From assembly GCA_964370905.1 (NCBI GenBank), contig CAYJKK010000001.1, forward strand, positions 99,749 to 163,748: a stretch of 64,000 nt of DNA, in the 5' to 3' direction. The number at the start of each line of letters is the position of its first letter. Position 1 is the first letter of the stretch. Positions 28,440 through 37,481 of the stretch are shown one piece after another. The notes under the pieces are model-generated. The model was not told where the DNA came from, did not search any database, and was given only the letters and a program-made list of their open reading frames with translations. The DNA is from an uncultured Clostridium sp. GTDB taxonomy: Bacteria; Bacillota; Clostridia; TANB77; CAG-508. The position numbers and the translations under genes are program-made.

Positions 28440-28483
28440 ATTACAGAAATATTACAATGGTTATTTTGTAATATTTCTGTAAT
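28440..28483. repeat. Perfect 18-bp-arm inverted repeat (8-nt spacer) containing TTGTAATAT half-sites
   Basis: attacagaaatattacaa-tggttatt-ttgtaatatttctgtaat. It lies 42 nt after the fadD stop and 127 nt upstream of the 303-aa gene start. Confidence 0.95.
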
Positions 28484-28524
28484 TATTTTTAATATTTTAA
28501 TATAGTTTCAAGTTTCCCTAACAA

Positions 28525-30249
28525 TTAATTGTTATTAGCTTCTATGACTTTCATTTCATCAAATCTTTTAACTTTTTGTGTTGTTGTTTTTATTAATTCT
28601 TTATTTGTTACAATTATATCTCTTACATATTTATATGCTGGTAATAACTTATTTGTTATTTTTACTTCTTTAATTATTTTTTCTTTTATCTCTTCTTCAT
28701 TTTCTGTTCCAAATACTTCTAATGCTGTTTCTGCATTATATACAATTTTAGCAGCAATCTTATAATCTCCATCTGGTTGTAATTTTCCATAAACAAAACT
28801 TTCTTTTACACCTTCTATTTTATTTATTAATATCTCAATTTCTTCTGGATAAATATTTTTTCCGTTTTTTAATACAATAACGAATTTTTTTCTTCCTGAT
28901 ATGAATATATATCCATCTTTATCTATTCTAGCAAGATCACCTGTATGTAGCCATCCATCAATAATTGTTTCTTTTGTAGCTTCTTCATTTTGATAATATC
29001 CTAACATCACTGTTGGACCCTTTACTAACAATTCACCAATTCCATGTTCATTTGGTTCATCTATTCTAACATCTAAGCTAGGAAAAGCTTTCCCTATTGA
29101 TCCTACTCTTCTATTTTTATCATCTTCTGCAGCTATAACTGGTGAACTTTCTGTTAGTCCATATCCTTGATACATATCAAACCCTAACTGATTAAATCCT
29201 TTTTCTGTTTGAGGATCTAATGCTGCTCCTCCTGATACAAGTAATCTTAGATTTCCTCCTAAATTTGCATGTATATCTTTAAATATTTTTCTTCTAACAT
29301 CTATTCCTATTTTTCCTAATATTTTAGATATTTTTATACCTTTTTGTACTGCTGGCATTTTTCCTTTACTTTCGATTCCTTTAATCAATTTTTTGTACAT
29401 ATTTTCAAATAATAACGGTACTGATATTATAGCTGTTATTTTAAATTCTTTTAAATTGTCACCTATATATTTTATACCTTCACAAAAAGCTATTTTACTT
29501 CCTTTTGAAATTGGAAGTATAAATCCTACAGTACATTCAAATGTATGATGTAATGGTAAGAAAGATAAGAATCTATCTTCAACTTTTACTTTTATTACAG
29601 AATCTATATCATATAAATTAGAACAAATATTATCATGAGATAACATTACTGCTTTAGATGCAGAAGTAGTTCCAGAAGTAAATAACATAACTGCCATTTC
29701 CTTATTCTCTATTTTAGCATTTAAAAATTCTGTATTTCCAGAATTTAATAATCCCTTACCACTTTTAATCAATTCCGATATAGATAATATTCCGTTTTCT
29801 TCTTTATCTATATCCATTGATATAAAATTTTTTATTTTCGTATTACCTTGTTCTTTTAATCTATCCATTACATTGTTATATGTTTCTGAATATATTATAG
29901 CTTCAACACCAGAACGAATAATAAGATTTTCAATTTCATTTTCAGGTAATGATTTATCAATTGGCACAACTACACCAGTCCCTGTTATTACTGCAAAATA
30001 TGTTACTCCCCATTCATATCTATTTTCACCAATTACAGCTACTTTTTTATCTTTTAAGCCCATATTAATTAGTTTTGTACCTAAAGCTTCTATATCATTT
30101 CTAAATTCTTTATGTGTAATAGTTCTAAATTCATCTTCCATTTCTGTTTTATATAAATAAGCAACTTCATCTCCTATTTTTTCTCCTGTCTTTTTTAGCA
30201 TTTCCTTTAAATCAGTATATTTAGTTGCATTATATATTCTTTTTCTCAT
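28525..30249 (-). CDS. Long-chain fatty acid--CoA ligase (AMP-binding family)
   Basis: 574 aa with the LFTSGTTSASKAVMLSH AMP-binding signature and YGLTESS, GDLARID blocks. Confidence 0.8.
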   Translation of the reverse strand: MRKRIYNATKYTDLKEMLKKTGEKIGDEVAYLYKTEMEDEFRTITHKEFRNDIEALGTKLINMGLKDKKVAVIGENRYEWGVTYFAVITGTGVVVPIDKSLPENEIENLIIRSGVEAIIYSETYNNVMDRLKEQGNTKIKNFISMDIDKEENGILSISELIKSGKGLLNSGNTEFLNAKIENKEMAVMLFTSGTTSASKAVMLSHDNICSNLYDIDSVIKVKVEDRFLSFLPLHHTFECTVGFILPISKGSKIAFCEGIKYIGDNLKEFKITAIISVPLLFENMYKKLIKGIESKGKMPAVQKGIKISKILGKIGIDVRRKIFKDIHANLGGNLRLLVSGGAALDPQTEKGFNQLGFDMYQGYGLTESSPVIAAEDDKNRRVGSIGKAFPSLDVRIDEPNEHGIGELLVKGPTVMLGYYQNEEATKETIIDGWLHTGDLARIDKDGYIFISGRKKFVIVLKNGKNIYPEEIEILINKIEGVKESFVYGKLQPDGDYKIAAKIVYNAETALEVFGTENEEEIKEKIIKEVKITNKLLPAYKYVRDIIVTNKELIKTTTQKVKRFDEMKVIEANNN

Positions 30250-30282
30250 ATTTTATTCCCCTTTTTCTATTTATATTAATAT

Positions 30283-30858
30283 TTATTTTATTTTAAGGCA
30301 TTCAATTACTGTTTCTTCAAATTCTTTATATATTTCCATAATTTCTATTTCTGTTTCTTTTTGATTTCTTAATTTATATACTAAGGTTGAACATATTGTC
30401 CCATAAATTGTTGATGCTATTAACTCTGGGTTCCCGTTTCTAATTTGTTCTTTTTCAATTCCAATTTTAACAATTTTTTCTAATTTGTCTATATATTCAA
30501 ATACTTGCTTTTTACATTTTTGACTTCTTTGATCATTGCCTAAAAACTCTGTAAGCAGTATTGTAATTAAATTTTCATATTTAATTACTATTTTTATATG
30601 TATTAATAAAATTGCTCGAATCTTATCTATATAATTTGTCACTTTATCTGTTTTTATATCTACACTTTTTGATAATAACATTATTCCTTCTTCTATCAAA
30701 AAGTTAAAAATTTCTTCTTTACTTGTAAAGTGATAATATAGAGTTCCTTTTGCAACACCGACAGTTGCAGTTATTTCTTCAATACTAGTTGCATCATATC
30801 CTTTTTCTGCAAAAAGTTTCATTGATGTTTCAAATATTTTTCTTTTTGTTTTGTTCAT
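30283..30858 (-). CDS. TetR/AcrR-family transcriptional regulator
   Basis: 191 aa with an N-terminal HTH (FAEKGYDATSIEEITATVGVAKGTLYYHF). Confidence 0.85.
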   Translation of the reverse strand: MNKTKRKIFETSMKLFAEKGYDATSIEEITATVGVAKGTLYYHFTSKEEIFNFLIEEGIMLLSKSVDIKTDKVTNYIDKIRAILLIHIKIVIKYENLITILLTEFLGNDQRSQKCKKQVFEYIDKLEKIVKIGIEKEQIRNGNPELIASTIYGTICSTLVYKLRNQKETEIEIMEIYKEFEETVIECLKIK

Positions 30859-31122
30859 TATCTTTCCCTTATTTTTACCTTTCTAAAAATGATTAAAATA
30901 ATTTAAGTTCTTCTACTTTGTATTATATATTGTCTATTTATTTATTGCAATACTTTTTTTATCATTATGACTAATAAGTCAATATATTTTTTAAACTATT
31001 TAATATTACAATTTTATTACTTTTATTTTTTTTATTTACTTTTATCTACAATTAATATAAAATACAGATAAATAACAAATAATCATAATATAATTGGTTA
31101 AAATAAAAATTGGAGGAAACAA

Positions 31123-33513
31123 ATGAGAAATAAAAATAAATTAAGTTATAAAGATTTAAAAATGACTTGTGATGCAAAATTATTTAATTTTGAAACAACA
31201 AAAGATTTAGAGCCTATAAAAACAGGTATAGGACAAGAGCGTGGTATTAAAGCTTTAGAGTTTGGATTAGAAGTAGATGTTAAAGGTAATAACCTATTTT
31301 TAGAAGGGCCTAGTGGAGTTGGTAAAACTATGTATACAAAAACATATTTAAACTCTATTTGTAAAAAGAAAAAAACTCCATCTGACTGGTGCTATATATA
31401 TAATTTTGAAGATAAAAATTCTCCTATTGCAGTTGAACTTGCAGCTGGTGCTGGTAAAGAATTTAAAGATGCAATGGATGGATTTATTCGTGAAATAAAA
31501 AAAGATATTAAAAAAACTTTTAATGCAGACGACTTTGAAAAAGAAAAAGCATTAATCAAACAAGAATTTGAAGTTAAGAGATCTGAATTATTAGAAAAAT
31601 TAAATGAAAATGCTTCTAAATATAGCTTCAATGTAAAAACTGCTCAAAATGGTATATATATGATGCCTATAGTAGAAGGAAGAACAATTGAAGAAGATGA
31701 ATTCGAAAAATTAGATGATGTTATTAAACAACAATATGAAGAAAAATCTGTTATTGTTCAAGAACAAATAATGGAAACTATTGGAAAAATAAAAGAAATT
31801 GAAAGAGCATCAGATAAGCGTTTATCTGAATGGCAATCAAATGTTGCACTTTTAACAATTAATGTTCATATAAATTATTTAAAATCTAAATATAAGAGAA
31901 ATAAAAAAATCAATAAATTTTTAACAGATATTAAAGAAGATATTTTGGCTAATATATCTATTTTCTTAGAAGATGAAATTAAACCAGATCCTAATCAACC
32001 TATAAACCCTAATATAAAAAAAGTTGACCCTAGTTTAAACTATAGAGTTAATCTATTTATTGATAATTCTAAACAAGAAGGTGCACCTGTTATTATGGAC
32101 TCAAACTATAGCTATCATAATATATTTGGTAGCTTAGAATATGAAAATTTTTATGGTGCTTTAAAAACTGATCATATGATGATTAAGCCTGGTCTTCTGC
32201 ACAAAGCAAATGGTGGTTATATAATGTTCCAAGCAAAAGATTTATTAACAAATGGTATTTGTTATGAAGCTCTTAAAAAATCATTGCGTGTAAAAGAACT
32301 TAGTATTGAAAATACTTCAGACCCACGTTCTTCTATGGTACTTGTATCACTTCGCCCTGAATCTATACCACTTAATGCAAAAGTAATATTAATTGGTAAT
32401 CCACATATATATCAAACTTTACTTGCTATGGATTCAGATTTTAAAAAACTGTTTAAAATTAAAGTTGAATTTGAAGATGATGCAATAATAAATAATGAGA
32501 ATGTTAATAAATTAGCTCAAATTATTCACAGCTTTTGTGAATATGAAAACTTACCACATTTAGACGCAAGTGCTATGGCAAGACTAGTAGAGCACGCTTC
32601 TAAACTTGCTGGAAGTCATGAAAAAGTTTCTACACGTTTTGATGAATTAACTCAAATTACAGCTGAAGCAGCTACTTGGGCAAAGCTTTCTAAATCTAAA
32701 ATAGTTTCGGAAACTCATATAATTAAAGCTTTATCAGAAAGAATTGAACGTGTCAAAAAATATGATTCTAAATACTTAGAAATGATTAAAAATAATTCTA
32801 TATTAATTAATACTTCTGGTAAATCTGTTGGAGAATTAAATGGTTTAACAATACTTAGTATTGGAGATTATACTTTTGGTAAACCTTCAAAAATAACTGT
32901 AACTACTTATACTGGAAAAGCCGGTGTTATAAATATTGAAAAAGAAATTGATATTTCAGGACCTTCACACTCTAAAGGTGTATTAATTTTAAGTGGATAT
33001 TTAGGAGAACTTTTTGCACAAGATATTCCGCTTTGTTTAACTGCTAGTATATGCTTCGAACAATTATATAGTGGTGTAGATGGAGATAGTGCTTCTAGTA
33101 CTGAACTATATGGTATATTATCTAGTTTATCTGAAATTCCAATTTCGCAATCTATTGCTGTAACTGGATCTGTTAATCAAAAAGGTGAAATCCAACCTAT
33201 TGGTGGAGTTAATGAAAAAATTGAAGGATTTTATCAAATTTGTAAATCTCGTGGATTAGATGGTAGTCATGGTGTTATGATACCTATACAAAATGTTCCA
33301 AATTTGCAATTATCTGATGAAGTTATAGAAGCAGTAAAAAACAACTTATTTAGTGTTTATTTTGTAAAAACAATTGAAGATGGTATAGAAATATTGACTG
33401 GTGTACCTGCTGGTAAAAAAGATAAGAATGGAAGATTTCCTCAAGGGACTATAAATTATTTAGTATATGAAAAATTAAAAAAATATGCCAACATTAGTAG
33501 TAAAATGTCTTAA
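31123..33513 (+). CDS. Lon-like AAA+ protease (COG1067/LonC-like, stand-alone)
   Basis: 796 aa with Walker A GPSGVGKT and a C-terminal S16 Lon protease domain (GDSASSTELYGILS...VTGSVNQKGEIQPIGGVNEKIEGF). Confidence 0.75.
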   Translation: MRNKNKLSYKDLKMTCDAKLFNFETTKDLEPIKTGIGQERGIKALEFGLEVDVKGNNLFLEGPSGVGKTMYTKTYLNSICKKKKTPSDWCYIYNFEDKNSPIAVELAAGAGKEFKDAMDGFIREIKKDIKKTFNADDFEKEKALIKQEFEVKRSELLEKLNENASKYSFNVKTAQNGIYMMPIVEGRTIEEDEFEKLDDVIKQQYEEKSVIVQEQIMETIGKIKEIERASDKRLSEWQSNVALLTINVHINYLKSKYKRNKKINKFLTDIKEDILANISIFLEDEIKPDPNQPINPNIKKVDPSLNYRVNLFIDNSKQEGAPVIMDSNYSYHNIFGSLEYENFYGALKTDHMMIKPGLLHKANGGYIMFQAKDLLTNGICYEALKKSLRVKELSIENTSDPRSSMVLVSLRPESIPLNAKVILIGNPHIYQTLLAMDSDFKKLFKIKVEFEDDAIINNENVNKLAQIIHSFCEYENLPHLDASAMARLVEHASKLAGSHEKVSTRFDELTQITAEAATWAKLSKSKIVSETHIIKALSERIERVKKYDSKYLEMIKNNSILINTSGKSVGELNGLTILSIGDYTFGKPSKITVTTYTGKAGVINIEKEIDISGPSHSKGVLILSGYLGELFAQDIPLCLTASICFEQLYSGVDGDSASSTELYGILSSLSEIPISQSIAVTGSVNQKGEIQPIGGVNEKIEGFYQICKSRGLDGSHGVMIPIQNVPNLQLSDEVIEAVKNNLFSVYFVKTIEDGIEILTGVPAGKKDKNGRFPQGTINYLVYEKLKKYANISSKMS

Positions 33514-33521
33514 TTTATATA

Positions 33522-33555
33522 AAGAGTAAATGAAAATATAAAATCATTTACTCTT
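33522..33555. terminator. Bidirectional terminator between the convergent lon-like and DUF4363 genes
   Basis: aagagtaaatga-10 nt-tcatttactctt, with T-runs on both sides. Confidence 0.7.
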
Positions 33556-33945
33556 TTAAAATATATTCTTTATACTAAACTTGTATTTCTCATCTATTCT
33601 ATTAATTATATTTTCACATTTACTTATTTCTACTTGTGCTGTACTATATTCTTCTTTTTTTAGTAGCTTTTCTACTTCTATTATAGTTAATTGCAGTTTT
33701 TCTAACTCTTCATGTTCTATATATATTACTAGCATTTCAAATTTTTCTTCAAAATATCCTCTTAAATTTGTAGCATTTCTACTTATTTCTAAGTTGTTAA
33801 CTTCATCAGCTAATATATAGTTTTCTATTTCTTCTAATCTATAATTTAGCTCTCTTGCTACTTCTGTTGTATAATTTTGTGATATATAATTTAGTGATAT
33901 AACAATTATAAAAATTAAAATACTAATAACTATTTGCTTAGTCAT
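33556..33945 (-). CDS. DUF4363-family protein
   Basis: 129 aa with an N-terminal TM. It is paired with a DUF421 gene, as is common in Clostridia. Confidence 0.55.
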   Translation of the reverse strand: MTKQIVISILIFIIVISLNYISQNYTTEVARELNYRLEEIENYILADEVNNLEISRNATNLRGYFEEKFEMLVIYIEHEELEKLQLTIIEVEKLLKKEEYSTAQVEISKCENIINRIDEKYKFSIKNIF

Positions 33946-34624
33946 TGTTCTTCTCCTTTAATAATTTCTGACAATAAATTTTTTCTCCTTCGTCAACTGT
34001 AACAATAAGTGCTTCTTCTGGTTTTATTCTATACTTCTCTAAAGATTTTTTTAACCACATATAATCTTTCCCTATTTTTTTCAAGTTTTCTTCCATCACT
34101 ATTCCATCTATTACTAAATCATATGAAACACCTTCATATTTGACTTCAATATCGAAATCTTCCACTCGAACATTTCTTTTTTCTTTTTTTAAAGCAATCG
34201 TTATTTCTCCATTTGTTTCTAATATGGCATAATCTACATCTGCTAAATTATTTATATCTTTTCCCCTTAATCTTTCTTGTAATTCATTAATAGTAAACTT
34301 TTCTCTTCTTAATATTTTTTCATCAATTTTACCTTTAGCTATTAATATTGATGGTTTTCCACATATTATCCCCCTCATTTTAATACTTTTCAAATTTATC
34401 ATTGATATAAGTAATTGCATTAATAATAATCCAAGTATAGGTATTATTCCATTTGTTATTGGTATTCCTACATCTTCCATCGGAATTGTTGCTAAATCTG
34501 CTATCATAAGTGATATTGCAAACTCAAATGGCTGTAATTGTCCTACTTGTCTTTTTCCCATCATTCTCATTACTATTAAAACAATTACATATAAAATTAT
34601 TGCTCTTAAAAAAACAATTAGCAA
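33938..34624 (-). CDS. DUF421 (YetF-type) membrane protein
   Basis: 228 aa. RMMGKRQVGQLQPFEFAISLMIADLA is typical of the YetF/YdfS family. Confidence 0.75.
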   Translation of the reverse strand: MLIVFLRAIILYVIVLIVMRMMGKRQVGQLQPFEFAISLMIADLATIPMEDVGIPITNGIIPILGLLLMQLLISMINLKSIKMRGIICGKPSILIAKGKIDEKILRREKFTINELQERLRGKDINNLADVDYAILETNGEITIALKKEKRNVRVEDFDIEVKYEGVSYDLVIDGIVMEENLKKIGKDYMWLKKSLEKYRIKPEEALIVTVDEGEKIYCQKLLKEKNND

Positions 34625-34787
34625 AATATCATCTCCTACTATATTCTATCTTCATATATTTTATTATTTGTTTTTTATTCTTTTTTTATACTTTTTTATA
34701 CTTGAAACTTTGATTATGTATATATTAATGTTTCTTGTAAATACTTTATTTATATTTATTAAATTTACATATTTTAGGAGGGCATAT

Positions 34788-35138
34788 ATGGAAAAAACAA
34801 AATTAATAACTATTTCTTCTAATATTTTTAAAATATTAATTAGACTTTTAGCTTCAACAATTTTACTTGGTATTACTGCCTTTTTCACTATTGGGTTTAC
34901 CATTGAAAGCATATGGTCATTAATTTTTGCAGTTATTTTTATGACATTAATCGATTTATTTTTAGTTAAAACTTTTAATTTAAATGCAATTCCTTTTGGA
35001 CGAGGAATTGTCGGTTTTCTTTTATTTTGTTTATTACTTTATTCAACTGGGCTTTTTATAACTGGATATTCAATATCTATTTTATCTTCTTTTTTTGCTG
35101 CTATTATTTATGGAATTGTTGATTATCTAATTACCTAA
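34788..35138 (+). CDS. Hypothetical 4-TM membrane protein
   Basis: In-frame ATG at 34788 preceded by AGGAGG, 116 aa. The upstream part of the track ORF lacks an RBS. Confidence 0.5.
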   Translation: MEKTKLITISSNIFKILIRLLASTILLGITAFFTIGFTIESIWSLIFAVIFMTLIDLFLVKTFNLNAIPFGRGIVGFLLFCLLLYSTGLFITGYSISILSSFFAAIIYGIVDYLIT

Positions 35139-35218
35139 GAATTTAATAAAATATATAAATGTTAAATACACTAGATATAATTAAAAAATAGATGAAAATA
35201 GATAAAAATACAAAAAAT

Positions 35219-35257
35219 GTGAGATTAATTAGTTTCTAGTTAATCTCACCTTTTTTG
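35219..35257 (+). terminator. Rho-independent terminator
   Basis: gtgagattaa-11 nt-ttaatctcac followed by a run of 6 T. Confidence 0.75.
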
Positions 35258-35292
35258 TATTTATTTTTATATTTATTTTTTATCTTTAAGTT

Positions 35293-35958
35293 TTATATTT
35301 TTGGAATTATTTCTCCTTGATTTTTATAAATAGAATTTTCTTTTATAACTCCTCTTACTGAAGATAATGGATATATGCTTGCATTTTTACCAATCACAGT
35401 TCCTGGATTTAATACACTTGAACAACCAACTTCTACTTCATCACCTATCATAGCACCAAATTTTTTAATTCCAGTCTCTATTTTTTCTTTTCCTTCTTTT
35501 ACAACTACTAATTTTTTATCTGATTTAACATTAGAAGTAATTGCTCCAGCTCCCATATGAGCTTTATATCCAAGAATCGAATCTCCTACATAATTATAGT
35601 GTGGTACTTGAACCTTATTAAATAATATTACATTTTTAAGTTCTGTAGAATTCCCAACAACTGCTCCATTACCAACTATAGCATTTCCACGAATAAAAGC
35701 ACAATGTCTTATTTCTGCTTCTTCTCCAATTATTGTTGGAGCTACAATTAAAGCTGTTTTTGCAACTTTAGCATTTTTTGCTATCCATATATTTTCTTCT
35801 ACTTCCTCATATTTTTCCTTATCCAAAGTTTTCCCTAGTTCTAAAATATATGTTCCTATTTTAGGTAGTACTTCCCATGGATACACACTTTTTTCAAATA
35901 ATTGTTTTGCAATTGTTTGCTCTAAATTATATAATTTATTTATTTTACAATTTTCCAT
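35293..35958 (-). CDS. Left-handed beta-helix (hexapeptide-repeat) transferase-like protein
   Basis: 221 aa with repeated [LIV]G..xx[IV] hexapeptides (IRGNAIVGNGAVVGNSTELKNVILFN...). Confidence 0.6.
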   Translation of the reverse strand: MENCKINKLYNLEQTIAKQLFEKSVYPWEVLPKIGTYILELGKTLDKEKYEEVEENIWIAKNAKVAKTALIVAPTIIGEEAEIRHCAFIRGNAIVGNGAVVGNSTELKNVILFNKVQVPHYNYVGDSILGYKAHMGAGAITSNVKSDKKLVVVKEGKEKIETGIKKFGAMIGDEVEVGCSSVLNPGTVIGKNASIYPLSSVRGVIKENSIYKNQGEIIPKI

Positions 35959-35970
35959 ATAATTTTACTC

Positions 35971-37224
35971 CTAATTTCTATTTTGTTCTTCCCAATACTT
36001 TTCATACAATTCTTTTGCTGTTTTTGGACTGTCTACACCTTCTCTATTTTTAACTGGTGCAAAATCATTTTCTCTTTTTCCTCTTAATAATAGCATATCC
36101 TCAAAAAACTCAAAACCATCAAATATAAATGATTCAAATTTATATGTATTCGGTTCGTTTGGAACTATCTCTTTACCAGTACTGTCCATATATGAATTCT
36201 TCTTAACTGCATAATGGTATCTTAATTTTTCTGTACTTATTTTTTCAATAGCATCTATTGAATACATATTTGCCATTATATTAGATTCACCATATTTTAA
36301 ATCACCCTCTATGTTTCTTAAAACAGACATTTCTTCTGGTAACTCTGTGTATTCAATAACTCCTGGCTTTCCATTTTTTTTGCAAAATACCCCTACTCTT
36401 TCTTCTGGAGCAATTTTTGCAACAGTTTTTGCAGCTATTTGTTTATTTGAATTTGCAACAATTCCCATAAATGTTGTATCTACCATATCTAATAATACAT
36501 TATCTACTCCACCAATAAATACCCATTTAATCCCACGTTCTTTCATATCTGCAAGTGCTCCACTTACTCTTAATACAGAATATGTTCCACCATTTCCATC
36601 TGATGCTTCTTTTATTGTGTAATCTTTATTAAAAATTACTTTTCCATCAAAGTCTAACAATGGTAGTTCGTTTTGTATCATAAACATTACTGAATTTTTA
36701 TCATATCCAAAATAATTATTTTTTTCCATAAAATTAACTGTCTCTTCGTTATTTTCTTTACTTGTCATTATATACCACGGAATATTGCATTCATATTTTT
36801 TGTTTGCTGCTTTTAAATTTTCAGCTAATATCTCAAACAAATATTTTCCTTTTCCATATATATCTAATCTAAAAGTACCTTTAGGACCACTATGACCTAA
36901 TCTTGTTCCTTGACCTCCTGCCATTGTTACTACTGCATATTGCCCATTTTTTAAAATTTCTACTGCTTTATCTTCATATTGCTCTTTTTCTATTTTTGAT
37001 AATCGTGATTTATCAATACATTCAATCTCTTCTATAACATTTTCCTTTATTTCTATCTCTTCTTTTGTTTGTTCGTATAATTCTTTAAGTTGATCAAAAT
37101 CTATCTTTAGAATTTGCTCTATCAATTCGTCTTTTTCTTTTCCTTCTAATTTTTCTATTATTTCTATTATATGTTCTTGATTATATATTTTTAATAAATC
37201 AACTATATTTTGTATTTTGTCCAT
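35971..37224 (-). CDS. UDPGP-family UDP-sugar (UDP-GlcNAc-type) pyrophosphorylase
   Basis: VVTMAGGQGTRLGHSGPKGTF and later UDPGP blocks. I prefer Met10 (MDKIQNIV) as the start because the first ATG at 37251 has no SD sequence. Confidence 0.7.
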   Translation of the reverse strand: MDKIQNIVDLLKIYNQEHIIEIIEKLEGKEKDELIEQILKIDFDQLKELYEQTKEEIEIKENVIEEIECIDKSRLSKIEKEQYEDKAVEILKNGQYAVVTMAGGQGTRLGHSGPKGTFRLDIYGKGKYLFEILAENLKAANKKYECNIPWYIMTSKENNEETVNFMEKNNYFGYDKNSVMFMIQNELPLLDFDGKVIFNKDYTIKEASDGNGGTYSVLRVSGALADMKERGIKWVFIGGVDNVLLDMVDTTFMGIVANSNKQIAAKTVAKIAPEERVGVFCKKNGKPGVIEYTELPEEMSVLRNIEGDLKYGESNIMANMYSIDAIEKISTEKLRYHYAVKKNSYMDSTGKEIVPNEPNTYKFESFIFDGFEFFEDMLLLRGKRENDFAPVKNREGVDSPKTAKELYEKYWEEQNRN

Positions 37225-37481
37225 TTTATCATCCCTTCTTAAAAGAGTCATAATATATTATATGATTACCCCCACAATATTGATATTTTATCATATTCAC
37301 AGTAATCTAGCAAGTCTTTTTTACATATTATTTTTTATGTAAATCACATCATTTTTCTAAATATCTTTTTAAACTTGTCATATTATTTAGATATAGCAAT
37401 ATATATTAACTAAAGTAATTTTGCACATAAAACTTTTGTAATAAAGAATTAATGTAGTTAGATTTTGAAGGAGGTATATAG

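Noticed and set aside
31003-31011. Single copies of the ATATTACAA core upstream of the Lon-like gene, and an 8/9 match at 41573-41580 upstream of scpB.
   Set aside because: In DNA this AT-rich, isolated 8-9-mers of this composition are expected several times per window by chance. Only the tandem and palindromic arrangements are non-random.
31123-33513. Lon-like protease as a BREX BrxL-type defence component.
   Set aside because: No methyltransferase, PglZ/BrxC or other defence partner genes are adjacent. The gene is monocistronic among housekeeping genes.
37378-37404. Sigma-E promoter for spoIVA (TCATATT as the -35).
   Set aside because: The -35 matches kmATAww, but no acceptable CATACAmT-like -10 lies 13-14 nt downstream. 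The best candidate is CAATATAT at 12 nt.
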